Part shown: in pieces, positions 45,564-57,742 of the stretch
How the letters are laid out: each line of letters starts with the position of its first letter
Position numbering within the stretch: the stretch's first letter is position 1
Assembly: GCF_044704955.1 (NCBI RefSeq)
Contig: NC_091999.1
Span: forward strand, 31,868,001-31,932,000
Reading direction: 5' to 3'
From: Pristiophorus japonicus
Lineage: Eukaryota
DNA: 64,000 nt
Notes under the pieces: model-generated
The model's database searches: none
What the model was told of the DNA's origin: nothing
What the model saw: the letters and a program-made list of their open reading frames with translations, nothing else
Position numbers and translations under genes: made by a program

Positions 45564-48500
45564 TCAAGTTAAAATTTGGTTGCCGGGCATGATGATGCAC
45601 TCCAGTCCCTCCGGTGCCCACCTCTTGCGGAAGGCCACGAGCGTACCGGTGGACACCGCATGCTCCACCTCCAGGGACACCCTTGACCGGATGTATGCGC
45701 GGAAGAGAGGCAGGCAGTCTGGCTGAACGACCCCCTCGATCGCCTGCTGCCTGGACCGGCTGAGGGCCCCCTTGGCCGTGCCCAGGAGCAGTCCTACGAG
45801 GAGGCCCTCGGACCTACCCGCTCCCTTCCGCACAGGGTGCCCGAAGATCAGGAGTGTGGGACTGAAGTGCAGCCAGAATTTCAGGAGCAGCTCCTTTAAA
45901 TAACAAAACAGGGGCAGCAACCTCGTGCACTCAATAAAAACATGGAACACGGACTCTTCCAGACCGCAGAAATTGCAGGCGGCCTGGGAGCCCGTGAACC
46001 GGCTTAAAAATTTATTGCACGGCACTGCTCCGTGCATCACCCTCCAGGCCAAGTCCCCGGCAAATAGTGGGAGGACCCCTGCGTAGAGTGCCCTCCATCG
46101 GGGACCCCCGCCTCCTCTGGACGGCAAGATGGTATGCCATGGCGTGTCCAGATGGCAGGCAAGGATGGCAAAGTTGAGAGTGTGCAGGAGCAGCCCGTAC
46201 AGGAAACCCCTCCGCGCAGAACTGAAAGGCACGGAGGGGATTTCCACGAGGCGGCTCAAGTTGTGAGGCGTCGGCCCCCGAGGGAGGTTCCGGGGTTTGG
46301 CGCCGATGAGGAATTCCGTCCGGACGGGGGTCAGTTCGGATGGGATCTCCCCGCGTGCTTGAGCCTCCTCGATGCACCTAATGGAGTCGGGGCCCAGAGC
46401 TGTTTTTATCGACTCGATGGCATCAGCCGCGCGGCGGACGTTGGCGGAATTTAGGCGCCGCGCCAGCGTGTCTGGCGCCATCCAACCCGCTCCTCCGCCA
46501 TCGAGCAGGTCCCTGACCCTGGTCACCTCACCAGCCAAAGCACTCTCATCCGATCGCCACCTAAAACCTCGGTCGTGGAGGTACGGATTCCCGAGCAGCG
46601 GCTCCTGCAGGACGGCCGCCATTCCAGCCGGTGGAGAGCTCCGCTTGGTGGAGACTTTGTTCCAGACCCTGATGAGTTCCTTGTAAAAGACAGGCAGCTC
46701 CCGGAGGGCGGTCCTGACGCCCCCCACACTCACAAACAGGAGCTGCGTGTCGTAGTTGGGGCCGTGCTGCTGGCGGAAGAAAGACGTCGCCAGAGCACAC
46801 CACCTGGGAGGGGGGTCAACGTAAAGGTATCTCTGCAGGGTCTGAAGATGGAAAGTCGCGAGCTGGGCGCTGACGCACACCAACAACTGACCGCCCTCCC
46901 CAAGCGGGAGACTCAAGACCGCGGCAGAGACCCAGTGCTTCCTGTTGTTCCAGAAGAAGTCCACCAGCTTCTTCTGTATCTTGGCGACAAACTCAGGTGG
47001 AGGGGTCAAAGTGACCAGCCGGTACCACAACATGGCGGCCACAAGCTGGTTTATGACTAGCGCTCGACCCCTGCAGGACAGCACTCGGAGCAGTCCTGTC
47101 CAGCGCCCTAGGCGAGCGGCGACCTTGGCCTCCAGCTCTTGCCAGTTCGCCACCCACACTTCCTCGTCGGGGCTAAGGTAGACTCCCAGATTGAGGAGAT
47201 GGGTCGTGCTCCAGGCAAAAGGCGTGAGCTCCTCCGGCAGGGAGTCCACCCGCCACTGACCCACCAGGAGTCCGGAACATTTCTCCCAGTTGATTCTGGC
47301 GGAGGATGCGGCTGAGTAAATCTCCTGGAACTCACACATCCTCCGCAGGTCAGCGGGATCCTCTACCGTGAGGAGCACGTCATCGGCGTAAGCCGAGAGG
47401 ACGACCTCCACGCCCGGCCCTTGCAGAGCCAGTCCCGTCAACCTCGTCCGCAGGAGGCGCAGGAAAGGCTGCACGCAGACGGCATATAAATGGCCGGACA
47501 TGGGGCATCCCTGGCGCACCCCTCTCCCAAAGCGAAGGGGCGCCATCAAGGACCCGTTAACATTAATCAGACACTCTGCGGCGGCGTATAAAAGTCGGAT
47601 CCAGGCGACGAAATGCATCCCAAACCCGAAAGCGCGCAGAGTTCCAAGCAGATAGTCGTCATCCACCCTGTCGAACGCCTTCTCTTGGTCGAGGGATAGG
47701 AAGGCGACCGGCAGACCAGCCTCCTGGGGAATAATGGATGAGGTCCCGGACCAGATGGATGTTATCGTGGATTGTCCGGCCCGGGACCGTGTAGGACTGG
47801 TCGGGTTGGATCATGTGGTCCAGCACGGCACCAAGGCGAGCAGACATCGCCCTGGCGATGATTTTGTAGTCCGTGCTGAGGAGGGATACTGGGCGCCAGA
47901 TATTAAGGAGGCGGAGATCGCCCTTCTTATGCAGCAGGACAATGACTGCCCTGCGCCAACAGAGGGGCATCTCCCCGGTCACCAGACGTTCCCACAGGAC
48001 CCGCGCGTAGTCACCCCCCAGGACTTCCCAGAACGCCCTGTGGAACTTCACGGTCAGCCCGTCCAGACCCGGGGATATTCCCCTCGAGAGCCGGTCGAGG
48101 GCGCCGGTCAGCTCCGCCAGGATTAGCGGAGCTTCCAGATTTTCGGCGCCCTCCGGGCTGACCTTCGGCAGGTCCTCCCACAAAACTCTATGCACTTCTT
48201 CGCTGGACGGCTCCAGAGAGAACAGGGCCCCGTAATATTCAATGGCCCTGTTGTTGACGTCCTCCGGATCCGAGACGAGAGAGCCGTCGTCGGCCAGCAG
48301 CGTCAAGAGCTGCTTACGGACACTCTGTCTTTTTTCCAGCGAGTAGAAGAAAGGCGGAGCAGCGGTCCAGATCCCGCAGGAACTGGATCCGTGACCTCAC
48401 GAACACGTCTCGGGACCCTACGAGCTGCAGGTCCTTCAGCGTGGCCTTCTTCGCTTCGTACACCGTCCGCAGGGCCGGGTCCCCGACGACTTGCTCCAGG

Positions 48501-49452
48501 TCGAGCACCTCCTTTTCTAGATGCCCGACCCTGGCCGCCCGCCTCTTGGTCGACCCCCTCGCGTACTCTTGATAGAAGACGCGGACGTGAGCCTTGCCCA
48601 CGTCCCACCATAGCCTCAAGGAGGGGACGCCCCCCTGCTTCCTTCTCCAGTCGGCCCAGAAACGACGGAACGAGTCCTGGAACCGCACGTCCTCCAGCAG
48701 CTGGTTGTTAAAATGCCAGTACGCGGACCCCGTCCTCGCGCGGAGCGAAGCGAGCTCTGCCCGCAGCAGGTGGTGGTCTAAACAGGGTACCTGCCGCATG
48801 GAGGCCGCCGGGACGCAGGAAACGTACGCCCGAGACAGTTAAAGGCGGTCGACTGTGGACCATCCAACTCCAGGCCTCACCCAAGTAAAGGCGCTGGAGT
48901 CTGGGTGGAGATTTCGCCAGACGTCCACCAAGTCGAAGGACCCGACCAGGTCCCACAACTTCTCCATCGCCGTCATGCTCTGCGGGGCACCGGAGGGGTC
49001 CCTGGCCTCGAGGGTGCAGTTAAAATCCCCCCCGAGGACAATGCAGTCGCCGACGTCGACGGAGCCAAGAAGAGCGGACACCTCTTCGAAGAAGCGCGTT
49101 TGCTGCGGGCCGGGTTGAGGGTCGTACACGTTCACGAGGTGGAGCGGCACGCCCCCAGGCGAACCGTTCCGTGCAGCAAGCGGCCTGGCACGGGCTCCTC
49201 GACCCCCAAGATCTCCGGCTGAAAATGCGTGGCCAGCAAGATGGCCACCCCACTAGAAGTGGCAGTGAGGTGGCTCATGCGGACCTCTCCTTGCCATTCC
49301 AGGAGCCACGTGGCTTCGTCTCCCGGAACGGTGTGGGTTTCTTGCAGGAAGCACGCTGCATATTTCCCCTCCTGCAGGAGCGAAAAATTGTTAAATCTAC
49401 GTCGTGCCTCTCTGCTGCCGTTGATGTTGAGGCTGGCTATGGTTATCTTCAT
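45564..49452 (-). pseudogene. Tx1 ORF2 (APE endonuclease, RT, C-terminal zinc finger), several frameshifts
   Basis: MKITIASLNING, CFLQETH, GGDFNC, SPGLDGL, WRPVSLLSTDYK, GVRQGCPMSG, YADD, CNFC...HVFIEC across ORFs 49132-49452, 48839-49150, 48314-48799, 47659-48306 and 45564-47666. Confidence 0.93.
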
Positions 49453-51557
49453 AACCTATTGTGGGGGGTGGGAGTGGAGTCGTTTGTTGACCTCCACTCC
49501 TTCAGCAGCCCAGTGAGGAACCTTTTGAGCCGGCGCCGCTCAAGGCCTTGCGCCTTTGATAAGGGCCCGCCCATGGCCATGGTTTTAGCGGCGGCGCGGA
49601 CGGAAGCCATGAGCAGCCCCGGCTCAGACCATCTTTCCCGGGCCAGATGGGTTCGGTTGCGGCGACCCTGGCGCTGGACCAAAAAGTCCCGGAGTTCCTC
49701 GACGGGAATGAGGGGGGATTCAGCGGCGGTCACGAGGAGATCTACCGCCTCACTGGCGATGGACTCGAGATCTTCACCTGCGTCCTCCACCGAGTCCCCG
49801 TCCTCCTCCGGGAGGTCGCCGCTAGCAGCCGGCTCGTCGACCGCACGAGGTATGGCAAACGGCCCGGCCGCTCCATCTGGCCCTGGCTCTGCCCCAATCC
49901 CACCCCAGGATCGTCGGCAGAGGAGTCCCCACTGAGCTCTTTTAAAATTGGTACTGGGTCGGGAAGCAACAGCGGAAGGGTTTCCTCCTCCGCCCCAGGA
50001 ACCGCGGAACACGGAGAGACTTGGTCAAAGTAATGTTCCAGGTCCTCCAAGTACCCCAGCTCCAAAGTAGGTGGCGAAGGTTGTTGTTCTTCCCCCTCCC
50101 CGCCGCCACCCCCCGGCCCAGCGTGTACAGAATCGTTAAAATGAATCCATTTTCAGTTTCTTCCGGGCCGAGCGACTCTAGGGGGCAGATAATTAATAGC
50201 TGGGCGGGCTCAGGTTGGGCCTGTTCGGCCCGCCTGCCTCAGTCCCGGGGACGCTCGACCCGGCGGCTACGCATTCCACCGCTGGCCCCACGCCCCCCTC
50301 GTCAGGCAGATCATTCACACCATCCCCGGGAGGCAGAGGCCGGGCAGCCTCGACTGCCTCACCCTCCCCGGGGACAGATTCCTCACGCCTGCAGCGCAAT
50401 TTGGGGGCGCTGGTGGGGGACGCGGGACACGCGGCGGGCACCGACTCCTCCGCGGAGGGATGTTGTTCCCCCTCCGCCTCATTGGAGCGGCGCCTCCTTT
50501 TGTTCCTGGGAGGGCGTGGAGGCAGGGAGACCTCCATGTCTGCCGAGGCCTCCCGCTCCACCCCCCCCTTTTTCTTTTCTTGCCCGCGCCCGAGCGCCTC
50601 TGTGATACTGGTCAAGGGCTCAGGCACGGGCTCAGGGCACCCCGCGCTCGCCGGTGACGGGGTTGGCCCGAGCGCGGTAAACAGATTGTCTGGCGCACTG
50701 AGGGGTCCCGCCTCTAGATGTTTCGCCTTCTTCCGTGCCTTCTTTCCGGTCGGACGCTGTCCCCCCCCCCCACCGCCGGAGGCCGTGAAAACAATGGCCT
50801 CCGACGATGCCCGCGCACCTACGGCTCCCGGCACGTGGACGCTACTAGGGGGAGGGGTGGCGGCGGCGCCAGCCTTGGCCACCCTCGGTGGTTTGGCGGC
50901 TTTGGAGGCGGGGCAGTTCTTGCGAACGTGCCCCACATCACTGCAGGCATGGCACCGCAAGCCGTTCGACGTCCAGAAGACGTGGTAGGCAGTCCAATCG
51001 TGCACCACATTGAAATTGCCCTCCGTCGTCTCCTCCCGCGCCAGCCGGACAAAGAGCTGGCGGCGGAAGGAGAACACATGGCGCAGGCTGTTCTCCCTGA
51101 GGCCGAGCGGTATGGGGTTGATCCCCGACCTTACCTCCCCCAGTTGGTGTAGAAGAGGGAGGAGGAGCTCAGCGGGATCAAAGGGCGGGACGTTTGAAAT
51201 GATGACCCTCTGCGCGGTGGCCTCGAGAGGGTCCACCGGCAGGAACACCCCGCCCACCATGAGCCCCTTTTCAATGGCCAGGGACATCGCCCGCTCTGAC
51301 CCCAGGAAGAACACGGCCTTCCCAGACATCTTGGAGACTTCGACAATGGCCGAGGGGCCGACTACCCCAGCCATCGCCCGCACGCACTCCTCAATGCTCA
51401 TTGCGGGTTTAGTGTAGCTCTTGACCCCGTGTTTTTTAGTTATCAGTCTGAATGGTGGCAGGGCAGCAGGAGGCGCAGGAGCTGCCGTGGATGTGGATGC
51501 CACCTGCGCATAAGTCCTAGCTGGCCCTGCCACCGGCGTGGATGTGGTCGCCATCAC
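49449..51557 (-). pseudogene. Tx1 ORF1 (RRM-like plus CCHC), frameshifted
   Basis: IISNVPPF, VFSFRRQLFV, CHACSDVGHVRKNC; the C-terminal piece 49449-50012 ends in an ATGA overlap with the ORF2 start. Confidence 0.88.
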
Positions 51558-52495
51558 GGGGTCCCTTTCAGGGCTACACCCACCCCAAAGTCACATGCCT
51601 TAATTGTCTTAAGTGGCCTCGTTTAAATATTTAACAGCGGGAGCTCTGAAAGAGGCACTCCTCTCCCCTAGTTGGCATTTGGGGAGGGGCCTTGCTCCCT
51701 CTGCTCAGTTGTCTAAATTGTTCTTGTCTTTTTTTTTTCCAATTGGGAGGATGGGCTCTCAGAGAGAGAGGGGAGAGACAGAGAGAGAGATAGAGTGAGG
51801 GGTTGTGGGAAAGAGGGAGGCTGCAAGGGCAGATGTCCCCTCACAGTAATGGGTGGGTGCACTCCCCAGATGGCAAACAAAACAGTCTTTGGGGTTGACT
51901 TCGGGTGGGGCAGAAGATGTCTTCACCTGGAGCAGCTGGAGCCACACATGTACACACTCCCAACGATGTTAATTAGGGTGATTTAGTTTCTTCAGCCTGG
52001 TAGCTCCAGCTATCCCAGGCTAGGCAATGGGGGAGGGGTGCTTCAGTGGTGTGTGGGCCTAGCTGTAGTCAAGACCCCAACATACACTTCCACACACACA
52101 CACACCCCCCGCGATGTTCTGGCCCTCGATTGGTCATCTTTCCTCCCCCCACCGATGCAACAAAGTCTTTTTGGTGAATGCACCAAAACACACCCACCTT
52201 TGGCTGAAGAAGTCTTTCCCTCCTTCCACATTGGCAAGTTGTTGTTCTTTTTCCCCCCTCTCTCCAAATCTTTGTTGAAATAATGAAGGTGTTGCAGTCT
52301 TCTGCTCTCCTCCTCTCACTCTAGATGAATGGTAATGAAGCCCCTTCCTTCCTCCAGTTCCTGGGCTGGTCTCAGGGCTCACTCCAGGCCTTCCAGACGG
52401 GAGCTAAAGCAGGGAGTTCCTTCTCTCACAGCAGCCAGGCTCCAAGTGCATAGGCCACGCCTCCAAAGCTCCACCATTGGTCCTTGTGCATGAAA

Positions 52496-52686
52496 CTCTT
52501 TTTGGGAGTAAACAAAAAACATTAAACCGTAACCTCCCCCCCGATCTGGGGGAAACACCACACATTTACAGGCCCTTTTATTTTTTTGTGGTATTTTTTG
52601 GGGGGGTTTTTTGGGCACAGAAACATATTTTTTTCCAAGTGCTCCCTATAAAAGGGGAGGGGGACACTAAAAGCACCGGCAATTAA
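52496..52686 (-). mobile_element. Second Tx1 copy, 3'-terminal about 190 bp only, same insertion point
   Basis: Homologous to 45385-45538 (CCCCCGATCTGGGGGAAACACC; GGGGGACACTAAAAGCACCGGCAATTAA) but diverged and about 35 bp longer. Confidence 0.88.
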
Positions 52687-53373
52687 TGTTAGTTTGCAGG
52701 TGCAACAGGTAATCAGGAAGGCGAATGGAATGTTGACCTTCATTGCCAGAGAGATGGAGTACAAAAGCAGGGAGGTCCTTCTGCAACTGTATAGGTTATT
52801 GGTGAGGCCGCACCTGGAGTACTGCGTGCAGTTTTGGTCACCTTACTTAAGGAAGGATATACTAGCTTTGGAGGGGGTACAGAGAGGATTCACGAGGCTG
52901 ATTCAGGAGATGAGAGGGTTACCTTATGATGCTGGACTGAGTAGACTGGGTCTTTACTCGTTGAAATTCAGAAGGATGAGGGGTGATCGATAGAAACATT
53001 TAAAACAATGAAAGGCATAGACAAAATAGAGGCAGAGAGGTTGTTTCCACTGGTCGGGGGAGACTAGAACTAGGGGGCCCAGCCTCAAAATACGGGGGAG
53101 CCAATTTAAAACTCAGTTGAGAAGGAATTTCTTCTCCCACAGAGTGGAATTTACTGCAAAGGGGAGGAATTGAGGATAGCTCATTGAATGTATTCAATTC
53201 ACAGAAAGATAGATTTTTAACCAATAAGGGAATTAAGGGTTATGGGGAGCGGGCGGGTAAGTGGAGCTGAGTCCACGGCCAGATCAGCCATGATCTTGTT
53301 GAATGGCGGAGCAGGCTCGAGATGCAAGATGCCCTACTTCTGTTACTAATTCTTATGTTCTTATGTTCTTATG
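52687..53373 (+). mobile_element. CR1 LINE, 3' part with (TTCTTATG)n tail
   Basis: Resumes at GTTAGTTTGCAGGTGCAACAG (QVQQVIRKANG...RPHLEYCVQFWSP); tail at 53350-53373. Confidence 0.93.
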
Positions 53374-53735
53374 AAGGTGTCCATCAGAACAAGGGAAATG
53401 CTTTACCACTGGATTTATTGACGGTTCTGTTGGTGATTATCAATGGGATCGCTTCATGTCCCACCACACAGGAGTGAGAGGCGCCGCTGGCCCACTCCTC
53501 GGCTGCAATGGATAGCAGGCTGTACATCAAGAAGGAGCTGCTGCCGTTCTCCGCCATCACCTCGGTGTTCATGGAGTTGCCGGAATCCACGGGCTTGTCA
53601 TTGACGGTCCATTTGATGAAGATCTATCGGGGGGAGAACCTCTCACTAAGCAGGTGAGGCTGACCAACCTCTGAGCAGAGACTTCTTCTGCTGAGGGCAG
53701 GAGGACAGACACGGCCGGTTCCCGCGGATCTTTCG
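53374..53735 (-). pseudogene. IGHM: IgM CH4 exon plus start of secretory tail, pseudogenised
   Basis: [32 protein letters not shown]...[19 protein letters not shown]...VNKSSG. 1-nt deletion and TAG near 53625-53640; tail partly deleted. Confidence 0.92.
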
Positions 53736-54653
53736 CTGTAGAACAGTTACAACAAAGGCCAATGAACTGGTTAGTTCCAGAGACAATGGGGGAAATTCAA
53801 CCCAATACAGCGGGCGGGTTTTGGGCGTGGTGGTTGTTAAATTGGTAAAAATTAGAATCCCTACCTCAACTCGCTCACTTCCGGTTGTAATATTATATTT
53901 CAGTAATATATTTAAATGAGACTTGAATCCTCTATTTTAACCACCATTTGGTGTTTAACAGTCGCTGGTCCGGTTGGACACACTTTGTAAATCTCAGCAG
54001 TTACAGCAAGGTGGAGATTGCTGCTCCCAGGTGGTAATTGCCCTTACACCTACCTCCTGAATCCAGGGTCCCTGCCTAACCCACCCCCCGCGATCCGCGA
54101 CCTCCTCACTCGGCTTCCAATCCTCCCGTTTTCACTGGTGGCCTGTGAGACCAACGCCCACAACTCGCCTTCCTCATTTAAATTCAGCCAATTTCCGGTG
54201 GTTAGATGTGAGAGAAATGGACACTGCGTTTAATTTTTTACGCTTTTCCTTTTCCCCTCTGTTGCCTCTCTGGTTTTCCATCCCTTATCCGAGGGAACGT
54301 AATCTTTCACTCTGAAATCTTGAAGCATTGGACTGGAAAATGACAAAGAATTTAATGCACAGAACGATGAGATTTGGCTAACTGGTCTATGCCGGTGTTT
54401 ATGATCCACACAAGCCTCCTCCGAGCCCACTTCATCTAAACCTAATAATATACCCTTATATTTCTTTCTCGCTCATGGACTTATCCAGTTTCCCCTAAAA
54501 TACATAATGTCAGGTCCCAGAGTGCTGAGTTGGTGGATTTACCAACCTGAATGATCAGAGTAGCCATTAAACACTTTATATAATCAATTGGCCCTTGCAC
54601 ACGCATCGAAATTGTCGCAGTCTCTCAATTATTGCAACAATTTCCCCGCTCAC

Positions 54654-54961
54654 CCTTTTCCTTGTGGATGGAATCTCTGAGAGGAGTCGACATATCCTGA
54701 TGGCTCACCACGCAGTAGAACCTATCCCCACTCAGCCAGTCTTGTGTCGAGATGTTTAAGTTGCTGATCACACTGTTGGGATCCTCTCCGGGTTGGACGG
54801 CAATCTCTGATTTCAAAGTCTCGTTTTTTCGGGTCCAGGTCACGGTGAGCCCGTAAGGAACGTCAGACACGACGTACATTAAGGTCACCGTGGCCTCCAG
54901 TAAAACCTGTTCCAGTGACGGTGGGCGAAGAGTGATTTTTAATCGCTGCATGGGACATCCA
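54654..54961 (-). pseudogene. IGHM: IgM CH3 exon, pseudogenised
   Basis: [15 protein letters not shown]...[11 protein letters not shown]...[15 protein letters not shown]. The AG/GT-bounded exon is 308 nt (frameshift after VDVPCSD) and the first canonical Cys is Tyr. Confidence 0.92.
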
Positions 54962-55667
54962 CTGCGAAACAGGAATGAAAGTCAGGAAAAGCCGCATCTT
55001 CAGAATCAGGACACCAATAATTAGCCTTAACTCTTTCAAGGGGAATAACTCACTTTTGAGATATCAACCTCTCGCTATTGCTTGAACACTTTCGTTATGG
55101 AAGGGCAATGAATTGGCAACGATTCTGGGAGGTCTGTAATATTTCCTGTGTATTTGAGCCAGAGCCACCTGTAATGGGCTGTGAAGCAAATACCTGGCCT
55201 AAAATGGGAATACATTGGGACACAATTGTGATAGGCACTGAATGGCGCTCTCCCTGCAATCCCTTGCTCCTTTACGCCCGTCTCTAGATTCTTGCACCCA
55301 AACGTATCTCCACTGCGTATAATAGCTGATGCCCAAATATCCCCAAGTTCAAGAGGTCGACACCAGCATTATACTGGTTCAAAACCAGTGTCAAATTAAT
55401 TGCAGGATTTATGGGACAACAGGAAACAAAGTTAAGTTTCTAGTCTTTTGCTGCTATTTTTGTTGCGATGAAAATGTGCAGGAACCAGTCAGATCCCATC
55501 AGAGGAGAAGTGCAAGGTCCGGAGAATGGAGTTGCAAGGAATCTTTTGTGGTGGGGCATCATTTGTAATGATGTGAGGTAGTTTGTTAATATCTGTAATT
55601 ACTGAACATTTATCATGTCTGGTGAGAGAGATTCAGAAAGCACTATGACCTCAGGGCATTAATATCA

Positions 55668-56185
55668 ACATAGGAATAGGAGAAGGCCATTCAGCCCATC
55701 CATCCTGTCCCGCCATCCAGTTAGATCATGGCTGATCAACACTCAACACCATCTTCACGCCTTGGCTATGTAACCCATGATAACCTTGCCGAACAAAAAT
55801 CTATCAATCTCAGTTTTCAACTTTTCAATAGAAAGCAAGTGTCAGCAGCTTTTGGAGAGGGAAATCCCGACTTGCACTATTCTTCATTTGAGAAATTCCT
55901 TTCTGACATCACCTGTGCACGGCCTAACTCTAATGTTAAGGTTCTGCTACTTGTTCTGGACTCTCCCATCAAACTAAATCAATGTTTCTATATCAACTCG
56001 ATCAATTCCATTTATCAACTTAAACACGTCAATTGGATCATCTCTTAACGTTCCATACTCGCCACCTGATCATTTTACATTATTAGCCCCGGTATAATTC
56101 GGGTAAACATGCAGTTTAGCACCTCCACGTATATCCTTTCTCAGGTGCAGAGCCTAGAATTGGACTCAGTACTCTGAATAGGGTA
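55668..56185 (-). mobile_element. Old CR1 3' fragment in the CH2-CH3 intron
   Basis: AACATAGGAATAGGAGAAGGCCATTCAGCCC...ATCATGGCTGATC is the CR1 3'-end signature. Confidence 0.75.
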
Positions 56186-56379
56186 GATGCCCATTCTTGC
56201 AGTGGGTTCCTGGACAGTTAGCAGTAAAGGATTCCAGACTCCTATTGCCGTTGCGTATATGATCAGCCAACTCAGGATATACCTTAGACTAAGGACACGT
56301 CACTCACTGCCTGACACCAGAGCAAGGGGAAAACTTCTTTGGCGAGGTTAATAAATCCTGAGCAATGAGGAATCCTGAA

Positions 56380-56795
56380 CCAGAAGATCGTGGGTTGAAG
56401 TCCCACTCCAGATATTTGATCACAATATGTAAGCAGAGTCTCTCAGTGCAGTGCTGGTGGCGTGGTGCATTGTCGGAGGTGCCGTATTTCGGATCATGTG
56501 TTAAACCAAGAATCCATCTAGCCTCTCAGGTGGAGGTAAAAGTTCCCCTGGAATTATTTCAATGAAAAGCAGAGGAGTTCTCCCTGGTGGCCTGTGAATA
56601 TTAATCCCTCAAGAAATAACACTAAACAAAAAAAATGGTCGTTATCACACTGCTGTTTGTGGGAGCTTGCTGTGCACTAGGTGACTGCCGCACTTTGTAC
56701 ATTACAACTGTGACCACATTTCACAACTTAATTCATTGCCTGGCAAGCGCTTTGGTTCAGTCTGTGGTCGCTGAAGGCGCTGTATAAAGTCAAAA
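56380..56795 (+). mobile_element. Deu-domain SINE (SacSINE1-like), near full length
   Basis: GTGGGTTGAAGTCCCACTCCAGA...GTCGGAGGTGCCGTATTTCGGAT...CTCTCAGGTGGA...GCTGTTTGTGGGAGCTTGCTGTGC...GAAGGCGCTGTATAAAG (LINE-like tail). Confidence 0.8.
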
Positions 56796-56930
56796 TTGTA
56801 TCGCAAGAATACACAAACTGCATGATTGGGAATTAGGAATATTCCTCTGCTTTCTACTAATTTCAATCAAAGTCCTGACTGAGATCAGCGCTCAGAATGG
56901 TCTGGAACCTCCCTGGATTGTGCCTCTTAC

Positions 56931-57251
56931 CCTGAGATCTGCTGAAGTTACGGCTTTGTGTGCCCCCTTCATGAGTGACCTGGCAGGTGTAGACCGAGCC
57001 GGTGAACCATTCCCTGGCGGGGAGTGTCAGCCGACTGGCCGTCAAAACGTTTCCGTTCATCTCAAAGGCGGGAGAGGTGATGAAGCCCGAATCCAGGAGT
57101 TGTCCACTCTTCAGCCAATTCATGGTCAGTGACTTTGGCCTTAATTCGATGATTGAACACATGGCGCTTGCATATCTGCTGCTGATGATTTGTTCAGTGG
57201 AACATGGCAAGAGGAGAACAATTGGAGGAACAATGATCCGTTCACGACGTT
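56931..57251 (-). pseudogene. IGHM: IgM CH2 exon (open frame, acceptor apparently lost)
   Basis: CSIIELRPKSLTMNWLKSGQLLDSGFITSP...SRLTLPAREWFTGSVYTCQVTHEG. Donor G|GTAAG at 56930; no AG at the expected 5' boundary (5' coordinate approximate). Confidence 0.88.
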
Positions 57252-57369
57252 CACGAGAAGGCATTTTATTGACATTGCTTGCAAAATAAATGATTAAGAA
57301 ATGCAAAGTGTCCTTATATTTTAACAAGTTCTTTGCTGTCAGATTCACACTAACCTGGCATTTGCAGAG

Positions 57370-57700
57370 AGCAAAATTGTGCACAGTATACTCAGTGTAA
57401 TATGCAGACCAGAACTGTGCATAATATTCTAAGTGCGATATGGGGATCAGAACCATGCACAGTATTCTAAGTGTGATATGGAGACCAGAGCTGTGCATAC
57501 TATTCTAAGTACGATATGGAGACCAGAACTTTACACAGTATTCTAAGTATGAGATGGAAACCAGAATTGTAAACAATATTCTAAATGTGATAAGGAAACT
57601 AGAACTGTGCACAGTATTCTAAGTATTATATGGAGACCAGAACTATGCACAGTACTCTAAGTGTTGTCTAACCAAGTTTCTATACAAGTTCAACATAACT
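57370..57700. repeat. 38-bp tandem repeat derived from minus-strand CR1 sequence, in the CH1-CH2 intron
   Basis: Variants of CCAGAACTGTGCACAGTATTCTAAGTG at 57409, 57447, 57485, 57523, 57561, 57599 and 57637; the last unit runs into CR1 RT sequence. Confidence 0.85.
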
Positions 57701-57742
57701 TCTCACCTTATCACAGATTGCCCTGTATCCCACATCATTAAC

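Larger units (their letters stand above)
45385..52479 (-). mobile_element. Full-length Tx1-clade (L1 group) non-LTR retrotransposon, frameshifted
   Basis: About 0.9-kb 5' UTR, ORF1 and ORF2; flanked by the direct repeat GTCCTTGTGCATGAAA (45369-45384 and 52480-52495). Confidence 0.93.

Noticed and set aside
46012-51417. Numerous overlapping and antisense ORFs in the Tx1 body
   Set aside because: Expected in GC-rich sequence; no recognisable domains.
56863-57498. 211-aa ORF as a novel single-Ig-domain protein
   Set aside because: It is the CH2 exon read through from intronic CR1-derived repeat; no signal peptide or independent support.
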